Assembly (NCBI RefSeq): GCF_011386835.1
Contig: NC_088799.1
Coordinates: forward strand, 2,852,001-2,916,000
Reading direction: 5' to 3'
Source: Chrysemys picta bellii
Taxonomy: Eukaryota
Length of the DNA stretch: 64,000 nt
The notes beneath the pieces are model-generated. The model was not told where the DNA came from. It worked only from the letters and a program-made list of their open reading frames with translations, and searched no databases. Numbering within the stretch: position 1 is the stretch's first letter; each line of letters starts with the position of its first letter. Shown here one piece after another: positions 23,041-36,050 of this stretch. The translations under genes were made by a program, and so were the position numbers.

Positions 23041-23800
23041 GACCATCCCTGACAAGTGTTTGTCCAACCTGTTCTTTAAAACCTAAAATGGTGGAGATTC
23101 CACAACCTCTCTTGGAAGCCTGTTCCAGATTAACTGTCCTTATAGTTAGTTTTTCCTAATATCTAACCTAAATATCACTTGCTGCTGATTAAGCCAATTA
23201 CGTCTTATCCTACCTTCAGTGGACATGGAGAACAACTGATCACTGTCCTCTTTAGAACAGCCCTTAACATATTTGAAGACTTATCAGGTTCCCCCCTCAG
23301 TCTGCTTTTCTCAAGAATACTTTTTTTTAACCTTTCCTAGTAGGTCAGGTTTTCTAAACCTTTGATCATTTTTTTCGCTCTCCTCTGGACTCTCTCCAAT
23401 TTGTTCACATCTTCCCAAAAGTGCAGCACCCAAAACTTGACACAGCACTTCAGCTGAGGCCTCAGAAGTGCTGAGAGGGACAATTACCTCCCGTGTCTTA
23501 CATATGGCATTCTGTTAATACCCCCCGGAATGATATTAGCCTCTTCTGCAACTGCATCACATTGTTGACGCATATTCAATTTGTGATCCACTACAACTCC
23601 CAGACACTTGCTAGTAGTACTATTGCATGGCCAGTTATTCCCCATTTTTGGAGTTGTGCTTTTGATTTTTCCTTCCTAAATGGTGTACTTTGCGCTTGTC
23701 TTTATTGAACTTCATCTTCTTGCTTTCAGACCTGTTCTCTAATTTGCCAAGGTTGTTTTGAATTCTAATCTGTCCTCCAGTCTGCTTGCAGCTCTCCCAT
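23041..23800 (-). mobile_element. CR1 LINE 3' fragment, degenerate
   Basis: Same subfamily as 30692-32886 (gtcctaccttcagtggacatggagaacaa; cagctgaggcctc). Confidence 0.85.
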
Positions 23801-25522
23801 GTACAATACTCCAGGAGACTTCCTATTTTAGCCTAGAGGATGTGAAGTCAGGAATCATGGGTTTTGTTCCTAGATTTGTCACTCATTATTCTGTGTGTGA
23901 CCTTGAGCCCCAAAACAGCACAGCAGTTATGCTTTAAAAAACATGTGCTTACGTGCTTTGCTGGATTGAGGTCTTGATCTGTCTTTGACTCAGTTTGCCT
24001 GTCTGTACGAGTATAGCTCCATTAAACGTTTCTGGATTACTTTGAGACCGTAACCTCAGAGGAGTTATAGACATTCAACATATTAGCATTAACTGCTGCC
24101 TGAAAAAGAGAAGGATGCCATTCCAAATTATGAGGCAGACAGTTCAGGGACACGTCCGCAATGGGGGGAAATACAGTCTGTCCCCAGAGTTTTTTAGGAA
24201 CCCTGCTGTCCATAGGTACTTGTATTGTTTTCTAACCGTATATGGCCATGTCTGTTAACCAATGTGTAACTCATTGCACCGGAAAAAGTTATGCTGGGGG
24301 TTGCTCAGAAACTCGACACGTTTTCAACTTGCAATGGGAGTAGCTACACGCACAAGGTCATTCATGTAAAGTCTGAGAACGTTGCCCATGCTGAGGGTGG
24401 GCTGGATGCATTCATTTACTGTTGGCTTCTGCATGCCACAGCAAACCCTCAAATGTACACCCCGCAGAGCTGAAATTCCAGGGGCACAACCCACACTGGG
24501 AGAGTTACGGAACCCTTTAATTTGCAGGGGAGGCCGATGTTTCCAAATGAAGAGAGTGTCCTGAAAAATCCTGCCACCTTCTGTCAAGGAAAAGCCGAAG
24601 AAACTAGAGGGGAAAGGGAGTGGATTTGACACAATCCTTCCATTTCTTTTCCCCGCGGAGGGAGGTTTCTGTTCTAATTGGCGGTGGGTGGGAGGGGAAT
24701 AGAGGGGCTGTCACGCACTGAAAGTGGAAGTCTCATTTGCACAACAAGAGCCGGGCTCAGTAGTAGTGCAGCAATTCAGCCTTGAGAACACGGAACATAC
24801 AATAATGCTGCATTGCACCAGGGATTGCATTCGAGAGATAAGTTAGGTATGGATAATAGACAGTTCAGGCTAAGCAGGGGCCTGACTCCGGTTGGGAATA
24901 GACTTTCCAACTGTTGGCCAAATAGGAAAACAAACTATCAAATCAAATCAAATCAATAGCCCCAGAAGAAAATCTATAGAATTTTGATAATGCAATTATG
25001 ACAGCAGTGCAGAAGCAAAGACGAGCAGCTGGATGCTTTGATATGGTTAGGTTCCTATCAACGGAGATGTTGTTATTAACGGCCTGTCCTACTAAATACA
25101 GTTGTGGCAAGAGGAGGGTTTATTTTTTAACCCAAGCACACAGATATATGCACGCGGTGCTGAGGGCCTGATCCAAATCCCACTCAAGCCAATGGCAATC
25201 TTTCCATTGACTTTGATGGGCTTATATTAAGCACTTACTGATCACAACAGCACCCCCAGAAGTCTTTTTAGAATGCGTAATATTTGTATTAGTCTTGCTA
25301 TTTATTGATATGACTGCAGTACCGTGGAGCCCCAGTCAGTGAGCACGACCCCATGGCACTGTGTGCTGTACAAACACAGACCAGAGAGATGGTCCCTGCC
25401 CCAGGGGACTTACAATCTGAGTAGAAGGGATGGATCTATGCTGGCATTGTTATTCCAACACACCTGTAGAGGGAATGCCATTGAGCACAGAGCTCTAGAA
25501 ACAAGTATTCCCAGGCAATGCA

Positions 25523-25710
25523 TCATAGAATATCAGGGTTGGAAGGGACCTCAGGAGGTCATCTAGTCCCACCCCTTGCTCAAAGCAGGGCCAATCCCCA
25601 AACAGATTTTTGCCCCAGAAGATCCCTAAACGGTCCCCTCAAGGATTGAACTCACAATCCTAGGTTTAGCAGGCTAATGCTCAAACCACTGAGCTATCCC
25701 TCCCTCCCCC
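25523..25710 (-). mobile_element. Tortoise Pol III/SINE
   Basis: gggatagctcagtggtttgagc A box, gagttcaatcc B box, CR1 tail cccttccaaccctgatattctatga. Confidence 0.9.
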
Positions 25711-27096
25711 AGGCTCCCCTATACATGTTCATGTGGCTACGGGACAAGGAGCACCCTCAGCTGTGTTTTTGTAATGGACCCCATGTGGGCTGCAGCAGGA
25801 CCTGCCGAGTGACAGTATGAACCACTCAATCTTGAGCTGAAGGACGAGATCCCTTCACCACCAGCTGTATGAGACTTACTAGCCTGGTAAGTGCATAAGC
25901 TATTGAAGGGAGACAAAGCCCCTGTCTCCTAGTGTGGAGATTGGTCTGGGAATCAGGAGACCTCAGCCACTTCCCCTGGGGACAGCCGGACTTACTGTTG
26001 TAGATAGACCAGACCAAATCATCTCATAACCATGTTAGGTGAATCATGCATGCAAATACTCCTTCCCTTGACAACTGGGTGTACAGATACCTGATTTGTA
26101 TGAAAAGCCACAGTAATTGTGCGCACATATTAGGTGTGCAATTGCACAGGTCTTCTATGAAAACAGTGACACGCTTTTCTTTATTAGTCTGACTCAATGA
26201 TTTTGTGACTGTTCTGACAAGACTGCGGGGCAACCCATCTGATGAAACACTAAACCCGATACAAGGAATTACATATATAACCTTTTAAAAACATGTTTAC
26301 GATACCTAAGTCTGCATGGATCTTATTTTATAGCACATGCCTCGTAAATGAAGTGCCTGACAAGCCCATTAAATGAGTAAAAATAAGGTTCAACGGTGGT
26401 AAAATATGACAGCCATCAGTTTTGCTAAACGAATGTATTTGGTACATGAACAATGCTGCTCGGTGCAAATGTATATTGGCAGCACTCCATGCTGTGAAAT
26501 TGCCTGACATTAATGCCTGAGAAAGGAATAAGCCCATTACCACAATACTGTGTCTTTAAAAGGCCGCCACTGTATTACTAGGTGATAAACTCCATAATCT
26601 AATTAATTCTGTCAGCCAGAGAACTTCCTTGCAGGGCAAAGATCAAAACTCTATGCATCTTCTCCTTCACCCAGAAAGAAGAATTTCTTGTACATCCCTT
26701 AAGCTTATTTGTAAATATTTTGCCTCCCAACTCAGAAGAGTTTTCAGAACCCGTGCAACTGAGAATTGTTGGTATGCCAAAGAAAACGAATCCTTAAAGT
26801 TACAGGCTGCTTATTCCTCCCCCTGTCTTCTCTGGAGATGCATCGTGATACTGTCACTAATGCTTGTGGAGGCTTTCAAGTTTCTGCTTCTCCCCAACCC
26901 CACCACACCAAACTGTGGCACCAAGGGCCTGCGACATCCACTGACTTCAGAGCGATCTGGATCACGTGGTAATCTGGGCTCAAACAAACATGCATTTTAA
27001 TACGACTAAATGTAAATGGATACATCCAGGAACAAAGAATGTGGGCCAGACATACAGGACGGGGGACTCTATCATTGGAAGCAGAGACTCTGAAAA

Positions 27097-27098
<2 letters not shown>

Positions 27099-27157
<59 letters not shown>
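27099..27157. repeat. (GT)n microsatellite with one interruption
   Basis: Seen directly, inside CR1. Confidence 0.95.
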
Positions 27158-27755
27158 ATCAGATGAACATGGGCTCCTGGTGCGACGCTGTGGCAAAAGT
27201 GCTAATGAGATCACTGGATGCATAAACGGAAATCTTGAGTAGGAGCAGAGAGGTTATTTTACGTCAGTATTTAGCACTGGTGCGACCGCTGTTGGAATCC
27301 TGTGTCCAGTTCTGGTGCCCATACTTCAAGGAAGATTTTGATACATTCGAAAGGTTCAGAGAAGAGCCGCAAGAACGATTAAAGGATTAGAAAACTTGAT
27401 TTATAGTGATAAGCTAAATAGATTGAGCTCCTTGAGTCTAACAAAGAGAAGGTGAAGGGGTGACTTGATCACAGTCTATAAGTATCTACATGGGGAACAA
27501 ATATTTAATAATAAACTCTTCAGTCTAGCACACAAAAGTCTAACCAGATCCAATGGCTAGAAAGTTGATGCTAGACAAATTCAGATTGGAAAGAAGGTGT
27601 AAATTTTTAACAGTGAGGATAATGAACCATTGGGACAATTTACCAAGGGGTGTGGTGGATTCTCCATCACTGGCCATTTTTAAATCAAGAGCTCTGCTCT
27701 AGGAATTATTTTGGAAAATTCTCTGGTCCGTGTTATACAGGAGGTCACACTAGAT

Positions 27756-28539
27756 CAGGGGTGGGCAAACTACGGCCTGCCTGCGGGCCCCTCCTGCCCA
27801 GCCCCTGAGCTCCTGGCCCGGGAGGCTGGCCCCCGGCCCCTCCCCCGCTGTACTCCCTCCCATGCAGCCTCGGCTCGCTCTGCTGCTGGTGCAATGCTCT
27901 GGGTGGCAGCACAGCTGCAGAGCCCGGGCCTGACCTGGTGCTCTGTGCTGCGCCGTGGCATGGCTGGCTCCAGCCGGGCAGCACGGCTGCCTGACCTGGT
28001 GCTCTGTGCTGCGCCGTGGCGTGGCTGGCTCCAGCGGGCAGCACGGCTGCCTGACCTGGTGCTCTGGGCGAGGGCAGGGGAGTTCAGGGTGGTGGTCAGG
28101 GTCAGAGGTGTGGATAGGGGGTGGGGCGGTCAGAAGGCAGGGAACAGGGGGGGTTGGATGGGGCAGGGGTCCCGGGGGGGCAGTCAGAAAGGAGAGGGGG
28201 TTGGATGTGGCGGCAGCGGCCGGGGGGGGGGGGAGTCAAGGATAGGGGTTCCGGGGGCAGTCAGGGGACAGGGAGAAGGGATGGTTCGATGGGACAGGGG
28301 TCCTGGGCAGTCAGGAATGAGAGGAGGGGTTGGGAGGGGTGGCGGGGGCAGTCAGGGGCATCTAGGGGTGGTCAGGGGACAGGGAGCGGGGGGGAGATGG
28401 GGCAGGAGTCCCGGGTGGGCCGTCAAGAGGCGAGAAGCAGGGGGGGTCGGATAGGGGGCAGGGGCCTCCCCTAACCAGCCCCCCATACAATTTTGGAAAC
28501 CCGATGTGGCCCTCAGGCCAAAAAGTTTGCCTGCCCCTG
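27756..28539. mobile_element. Non-autonomous hAT DNA transposon
   Basis: 16-bp TIRs caggggtgggcaaact / agtttgcctgcccctg (14/16); perfect 8-bp TSD cactagat (27748-27755, 28540-28547). Confidence 0.92.
27928..28066. repeat. Tandem repeat, 60-61 bp unit, about 2.3 copies
   Basis: gcctgacctggtgctctg at 27928, 27989 and 28049. Confidence 0.9.
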
Positions 28540-29616
28540 CACTAGATGATCACAGTCGTCCTTTCTGGCTTGGGAATCTACATAGGCTTTTACACTGGCC
28601 CATTGTACACAAAGGCAAATTTCACCCTAAATGGCTTACTCAAGATCACTCAGTAAGCTGGTGGCAGGGTAGAGAACAGAACCTAGGACTACCGAGAACC
28701 TGTTTGGTGCGCTAATCACTAGTCTATTCCCCCACCCTGATTTTCTAACAAGGACCACAGAATAGGTTAATAGTAGTGACGCGCCTGAGAACTCCATTTG
28801 CGGGCTCCCTATAAGTAGCCATCTATTATGAACGCCATACCCTGGAAACAGAGCCATTGAAATCTAGAGATAAAACTGTAGCAGCTTTATCCAAGAGAAC
28901 TGAATAATCTGTCTAATATAGTTAATTTGGTAGTAAATCAATGAATCACAAGGAATAAATTTGAAATATTACAGGAGAAGGGGACAAGCCACTATTGATT
29001 TATAATCTGTAAACAACATGCATCTTCCAGGAGTCAGCAGGGATGCATTTGCCGCTTGTGATGGTGTGTCATTGTCTCGGAGCTTTTAATTCAGCTCTTT
29101 GACCAAGTTCTTTTCATTAACCGCACACTCCCAGCCGGAGCAAAATGAATCATTCCTAGTGCTCAGAGTGAAAATTAACCCCCACAGCACCTTCCCCTAC
29201 AGTTGTGTCCCCTCCTGCTCCCTCTTCCTTTTTATGTGTATCTACACGTCAGCAAAGCCACCGCACCTAGAGCACGTTGAGGGGAGCATCAGCAGGCTAA
29301 CCTTCAAGCACCCAATGCTCAATCCCGAGTGCCCCATTGAGTAATGGGTCCATGCCCGTGAGTAAGGGCTGCAGGAGAGCTACTTGGAATCACAGCTCTG
29401 AATCTTGGCAGGCTCCACTAGCCCTTCATCTTGAAGTCATTGTTTGTAGGCCTGGACTGACATTAAATGTGGGAGGCCTTATTTTTTGGAAGACAGGATT
29501 AGGGAGGTAAATAGATCAGCAGGCTGAAAACAGAATGTTTGTGCTAACTAAGCTAGGTCAATGGGTCAGTGAGCTAAGAGACAGAATGAACTAGCTAAGA
29601 CGAGGAATGGAATACC

Positions 29617-29806
29617 CAGGGCCTACGAGAGGGGGAGAAGGCGATATGAATTACTGGGGCCCGGCGGTCTGGAAGGGGGCCCGGGGCCCGGCTTCCCCAG
29701 CTTCCCTCCCCCCCCTCTCGTTGGCCCTGTTTAGCCGGTCCACCCTTGCTGGGGGGCCCGAAAAAAATTTTTTCACCGGGACCCAAACCCGCTCTCGGCA
29801 GCCCTG
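29617..29806. mobile_element. Short GC-rich non-autonomous DNA transposon (hAT-like)
   Basis: TIRs cagggcctacgagag / ctctcggcagccctg; 7-bp direct repeat gaatacc (29610-29616, 29807-29813). Confidence 0.8.
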
Positions 29807-30691
29807 GAATACCCATTTGCAAAGAACAAGATGGCAATGGACAAAATAAGCCGGGAATGTAAAAATAAAGCGTAGGTTGAACATGGACTGTGCGAGGACA
29901 GAGCATGCAGTACAGGAACCGGTTCCTACACATTGACCAAGCCAATTCCACGCTGTGTAATGCAATGTATAATAAATGCAATGAAAGGGGTAAATGTAGA
30001 TAAAGGGAGAGGATTTCTATGTAATATGAATCTGTAATGTGCCCTGTAGCCAACCCCTATGCTTCAGTCCGATCACTTCAGCGTGGCTTTGCTGGATGCC
30101 ACATAAAGGAACCCGAGTAACTAGAGTGGCGTGGAACAGAGTTCTTGGGGATCTGAGTGGAAGAGGTCTCGGGGGGAACCCCAACAGTTACGAGAGCCAC
30201 AGGGACTTTTTTCTCTCTCAACAGAGTTTGGACAAAATGTGCCTTTTCATTGAAAAAGAAAAATGTTGGGGGGAAATGTCAATTTCGGTTACTCTTGCTA
30301 TTTTTTTGAAGAAAAAACAGCAACAAAATTTTAACTGAAAAGCTTTTTTAAAACTGTTTTTGACTTTTATTGAAATGTGGGACATTTTGATGAAAATATA
30401 AATAATTTTTTTCATTATTTCCCACAAAAAATAATTGGTACCATTCAGTTTACTACCTTGGGATCTTTTGAACAAGACGTGCTCTGCAATGTTACTATCC
30501 CATATTGGCCCCTTCTTACTGTCTGGCTCAACACTGCGTGTTCAGAGTCAGACCTGCTGACATTAGTGACTAACTATATTTCTACTCCTGCAGACAGCCC
30601 AGGAAAAGTGAGCTGGATTCTATCCTCCTTGTGCCTCACCCACAGCATTGTATACTAAGAACCAGTCAGTTGCACCTGTGCAAACCAAGTC

Positions 30692-32886
30692 TCATAGAAA
30701 TATCAGGCTGGAAGGGACCTTGAGAGATCATCGAGCCCAGGTACCTGCACTAAGGTAGGAACCAAGTACATTTAGACCATCTGTGACAGGGCTTTGGTCC
30801 AACCTGTTCTCAAAAACCTGCAGCGATGGAGATTACACAACCTCCCTTGGAAGCCTCTTCCAGAGCTTGCCCACCCTTATAGGTAGAAAAATTTTCCTAA
30901 GATGTAATCTAAATCTCCCTTGTTGCAGATTAAGCTAGTTACTTCTTGTCCTACCTTCAGTGGACTTGGAGAACAATTGATCACTGTCCTCTTTAGAACA
31001 GCCCTTCACATATTTGGAAACTGTTATCCGGTCCCCGCTCAGTCTGCTTTTCTCAAGACTACATAAAGCCAGCTTTTAACCTTTCCTCATAGGCCAGGTT
31101 TTCTAAACCTTTTATAATACTTTAGCTGTCCGCTGGACTCTAACCAATTTGTCCACATCTATCTTAGAATCATAGAATATCAGGGTTGGAAGAGACCTCA
31201 GGAGGTATCTAGTCCAACCCCCTGCTCAAAGCAGGACCAACCCCAACTAAATCATCCCAGCCAGGGCTTTGTCAAGCCTGACCTTAAAAACCTCTAAGGA
31301 TGGAGGTTCTACCACCTCCCTAGGTAACCCATTCCAGTGCTTTACCTCCCTCCTAGTGAAATAGTGTTTCCTAATATCCAACCTAGACCTCCCCCATTGT
31401 AACTTGAGACCATTGCTCCTTGTTCAGTCATCTGCCACCACTGAGAACAGCCGAGCTCCGTCCTCTTTGGAACCCCCCTTTAGGTAGTTGAAGGCTGCTA
31501 TCAAATCCTCCCTCACTTTTCTCTTCTGTAGACTAAATAACCCCAGTTCCCTCAGCATTCTCCTCGTAAGTCATGCGCCCCAGCCCCCTAATCATTTTCG
31601 TTGCCCTCCGCTGCCCTCTCTCCAATTTGTCCACATCCCTTCTGTAGTGGGGGGACCAAAACTGGATGCAATACTCCAGATGTGGCTTCACCAATACCGA
31701 ATAGAGGGGAATAATCAATGCTCCTACTAATACAGCCCAATATGCCATTGGCCGTCTTGGCAACAGGGGCACACTGCTGACTCATATCCAGCTTCTCATC
31801 CACTGTAATCCCCAGGTCCTTTTCTGCAGAACTGCTGCCTAGCCAGTCAGTCCCCAGCCTGTAACGGTGCATGGGATTCTTCCTTCCTAAGTGTGGCACC
31901 CAGATCTGGATGCAGTACTCCAGCTGAGGCCTCACCAGTGCCAAGTGGAGCTGGACAATTACCTCCCATGTCTTACATGCACTTCTATTAATACACCCCA
32001 GAGTGATATTCACTTTTATCTCACCTGCATCACATTGTTGGCTCACATTCAATTTTTGATCCATTATAACCCCCAGATCCTTTTCGGCAGTACTACCGCC
32101 TCGCCAGTTATTCCCCATTTTGTATTTATGCATTTGATTTTTCTTGCCTTAGTGAAGAACTTTGCATTTGTCTTCACTGAATTTCATCTTGTTGATTTCA
32201 GACCAATTCTCCAATTTGTCCATATTGTTTTGAACTCTCATCCTGTCCTACAAAGTGCTTGCAATGACTCCCAGCTTGTCACCATCCACAAATTTTATAA
32301 GCAAACTCTCCATTCCATTATCCAAAGCATTAAAGACAATATTGAATAGTACTGGACCCAGAGCTGACCCCTGTGGGACCCTACTAGATACGTCCCCAGT
32401 TTGACAGCAAACGATTGATAATGACTCTTTGAATACAGGCTTTCAACCAGTTGTGCACCCACTTTACAGTAATTTCACCTAGACCACATTTCTCTAGTTT
32501 GCATGGGGAACTGTGTCGAAAATCCTTACCAAGATCAAGCTGTATCATGTCTACAGCTTCCCCCTAGGCACTAAGCCATTAACCCGGTCAAAGGGAAATT
32601 AGGTTTGTTTGGCATGATTTGTTCTTGACAAATCCATGCTGGCCGCTCCTTATAACTATATTATCCTCTAGGTGCTTACAAACGGATTGTCTGATAATTC
32701 CTTCCAGTATCTTTCCAGGTATTGAAGTTAGGTTAACTGGTCTATAATTCCCTGGGTCGTCTTTGTTCCCCTTTTGAGAGATCAGTACTAACCCTTCTCC
32801 AGTCCTCTGGGACTTCACCCATTCTCCATGAGGTCTCAATGTGAATTGCTTCCAACTCCAAGATTACTTCATCTAGTTCCTTAAGT
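30692..32886 (-). mobile_element. Older CR1 LINE fragment (RT region), split by a younger CR1
   Basis: ORF 32588-32839 (KGNKDDPGNYRPVNLTSIPGKILE..QHGFVKNKSCQTNLIS) and 31588-32133 are CR1 RT motifs; frameshifted. Confidence 0.92.
31165..31892 (-). mobile_element. Young PsCR1-like fragment nested in older CR1
   Basis: New 3' repeat tagaatcatagaat begins mid-RT of the host CR1; near-identical to 19897-20334 and 33815-34051. Confidence 0.9.
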
Positions 32887-33814
32887 GTTCAGTTAAGTAT
32901 TCAATGTTATAAGCAAAGTAATACACCTCGCATGGAATGATTTGATCTACTCCTACACTGTACTTGAGTTCTAAAGTAACTTTCAACTCAGGAAAAGGCC
33001 CCAGCATCACTGTCGACAGCATAACATTCATCAGTGGTAAAAACACAAATCTTACGGTATGCCAGGGAAAGGCCTAGAAAACACAGACAGCATTACACAA
33101 GACAATCATTCACTCTCACACAGATAACCGGCTTCAGCACTTGGCACTGTACAGCACAGATCAGAAAGACAGTCCCTGCCTCAAAGACCTTACAATTTAC
33201 ATCAAGAAACAGATGGATACCGACGTATAGCCTGGACCCGTACTGAAGATGGTTGGGGTTGCACAGGTGTGGGTGGGAGGATGTGCACAGAGGGCATAAC
33301 ATGAAGTCAATTGAGTTGCACAGGTGTTCTGAGAGCAGAATTTGGTCTGCAGAACCTTTCTTGCTGGGGATGATGTAGGAGAAGAAAAAGACCCAGCTTG
33401 ACTTCCAGGTTCAGTGTGCAGTGCTGGTAGTTAGAAAAAAATAATTTTACTTATAAACTGAACACATGTGATCTGGAGCCAATGAGCCATAATAAACATG
33501 GAATCCCACATTGCCATTTATACAGTTGGTCAGATCCTCATTTGCCTTCACGTAGGCCAGGCAAAGCAATGGAAAAGGGAAAACGAGACATTTTTCACTC
33601 TTGGTGGAAGCTTGGGGACCTATCCCACTATAAAAATAGGGTGTGGATTTAAATCTGTGTAATGCTCCTGACTGCCTAGTGACAACAGCTGGGAAATTTG
33701 AACTTCTTAGTCACCTCTTTTCCTGGGGAAAGAAAAGCTGAGTTATTTTGAGAAAATTCAAAAGTTGTATGCAGTGCAAAGGTTTGGGTCAAGCTCTCCA
33801 AATCCCCAAGTTCG

Positions 33815-34051
33815 TAGAATCATAGAATCTCAGGGTTGGAAGGGACCTCAGGAGATCATCTAGTCCCACCCCCTGCTCAAAGCAGGACCAATCCCTAACT
33901 AAATCATCCCAGCCAGGGCTTTGTCAATCCGGGCCTTAAAAACCTCTAAGGAAGGAGATTTCACTACCTCCCTAAGTAACCTATTCCAGTGCTTCACCAA
34001 CCTCCTAGTGAAATAGTGTTTCCTAATATCCAACCTAGACCTCCCCCATTG
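33815..34051 (-). mobile_element. Young PsCR1-like 3' end
   Basis: tagaatcatagaatctcagggttggaagggacctcagg. Confidence 0.92.
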
Positions 34052-34109
34052 TCTAGCTCCATTGTATTTTTGGCTTATCTAGAAATTTTGTGATGTGAAT
34101 GAGACTTAC

Positions 34110-34450
34110 ACTTACATGGGAGATCTCTCAGCACTTTATACACTGACTTACAAATTTATTCACAGGGAATCACTTCCCTCATTGCTGAAATGCAGCTGTC
34201 TCTAGGGTGGCACATAGCAGCTGTTAAACAGCTTACAACAACATGGCACTACACTTTTTAGGACACAACATGAAGAACAGAAGCAACCCTTAACTGAAAG
34301 TAAAGGCAGAATTTGATCTAGGCAGAATATAATGAACTCCACTGGAATATACCCAATGAACATCTTATTCTTGGGGAAAGTGCCAGGCAGTCTTTAATGC
34401 CCCCAAAGTTGGGAACGTCTCCGTTTTACAGCTCATCCCAAAGCAAGCAT
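34110..34450 (-). mobile_element. AmnSINE/Deu-SINE-like remnant
   Basis: aatcacttccctcattgctgaaatgcagctgtctctagggtgg tail and aaagtgccaggcagtctttaatg..ccgttttacagctcatcccaaag resemble the recalled Deu domain; related tail at ~41840-41960. Confidence 0.55.
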
Positions 34451-35874
34451 CTAGGCAACCAGAGAAATATCATCATCTGCTAAGAGATACCCAGCATAGT
34501 TACTAAACGTATTTATGGCAGTGATGGAGAACTGAGGAAATGGAAGACTCTTGGATGTGCATGTTATGGGTAGCTCCATCTTATCTATCATGACATCCCC
34601 CATCTGTGTAATTCATATCAAGATGCCAACCCACCGTGCAGAAATGTAATGAACTTCTAGGCTGGAGCCTTGCAATAGGTGTGAAAAATTAAACTACATG
34701 GTGCCAAGTCTATAGGCAGAGGTTATGGGAAGCAATATACCAGCATCGCCATGGCAACATCACACCGTGACTTTGATTTTTTCAAGGCCAGGACAACGTA
34801 TGCATTTTACAGAACCGCTAATTGTCTAGCTCTCTGCTTAATGCACACCAACACAGCAGCATATTTTTGCTAAATGTCTCGCTATTTGAGTTTTGCTGCC
34901 TCCAGCTACCATTAACATATTTTGCATTCATGCTTTGTATAAATTCCTGGTAATGCTTCCAGCTAAGGTTCCTAAATACACATGTAATTTATATTTAATG
35001 AGACAGTTAGCATGAGTTAAGCAAATGAGAGCTGGTTAATTAAAGCATATGTAGAGAGGATGGTGAGGATTAATCAGTTAATATTTGCAAAGTGCTTTGA
35101 AAAATATATGCACTTAAGTTTTGTATTATTATTATTACTGAGTTCAAACGAAGAGATACAGTCTATCACATAGCTGTTAATCGTTAATCAATCAGTTTCT
35201 CATATGATAATCTCTGTGGTGTCTAAAGGGTGAGGTGTAATAAGACATTAAGTACAGGTTATGTGAACATCTTTCCTTCCTCAGCTGCTAGGTTGCTATT
35301 CATTCTTAATGGGCTAATTCATGAAGTATTAAGTAATTTTACATGGCAGTTTAACTGAGTTAAGACTGAGAAAAAGTTGACTCCGAGCCTGAGAATTCGG
35401 CCCTAACTTAGCTGCGAGAGGCAGCGTGCCCTAATGGCTCACACCTGGGCTGGGAGGAAGGATTCCTTGTGTTCTAATGCCACCTATGCCTCAGCTTTAC
35501 TGTGGGGCCTCAGGCAAGGAGGCCAAATTCCTAATGTAGCCACAGGCTGTAGGCGACTCAGTGTTTGTGTGTCCAGGGCCCGATGGTCAGAGCTGTGAGC
35601 ACCTGAAGCTCTGATACACGTCAGCCTGGAGCACTGGGGGCTCAGCACCCCAAAATTCAGGCCCCATGTATCTCAGGAGCCAAAAACGGAGGCATTAGTT
35701 AGGGACCTTAGCTATGCCAAGCCTCAGTTTTCCCATCTGTAAAATGAAGCTAGTGATACGTCCTTACCTCCCAGGGGGGTTCACTGGTATTCTTAAAACC
35801 CTCTGACTTTGAGGAGCACCATATGTACCTGTAATGCCTATGTGTTGTTATTTCACGACACGGTAAGTGAAATA

Positions 35875-36050
35875 GCAGAAGCTACAGAGCACTGGACTGG
35901 GACTTGGGAGGCCTGAGTTCTATTCCCAGCTGTGCCCTAGCCAGCTGGGTGACCTTGGCAAGTCACCTCCCCTCTCTGAGACGTGGTTTCCCCATCTGTA
36001 CAATGGGGACGTCCTTTGTAAAGTGCTCTGAGATCTGCTGATGAGAAGAG
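35875..36050 (+). mobile_element. MIR/CORE-SINE
   Basis: gagcactggactgggact..gagttctattcccagc..gtgaccttggcaagtca..ccccatctgtacaatgggg; other MIR pieces ~23840, ~35400, ~35710. Confidence 0.8.

Larger units (their letters stand above)
26935..28590 (+). mobile_element. CR1 LINE 3' fragment interrupted by a microsatellite and a hAT element
   Basis: Same subfamily as 7140-7905; 3'UTR gaggtcacactagat|gatcacagtcgtcc resumes after the insertion at 27756-28539. Confidence 0.9.

Noticed and set aside
27711-28454. 247-aa ORF
   Set aside because: Low-complexity G/R-rich translation of a GC-rich hAT interior, not a transposase
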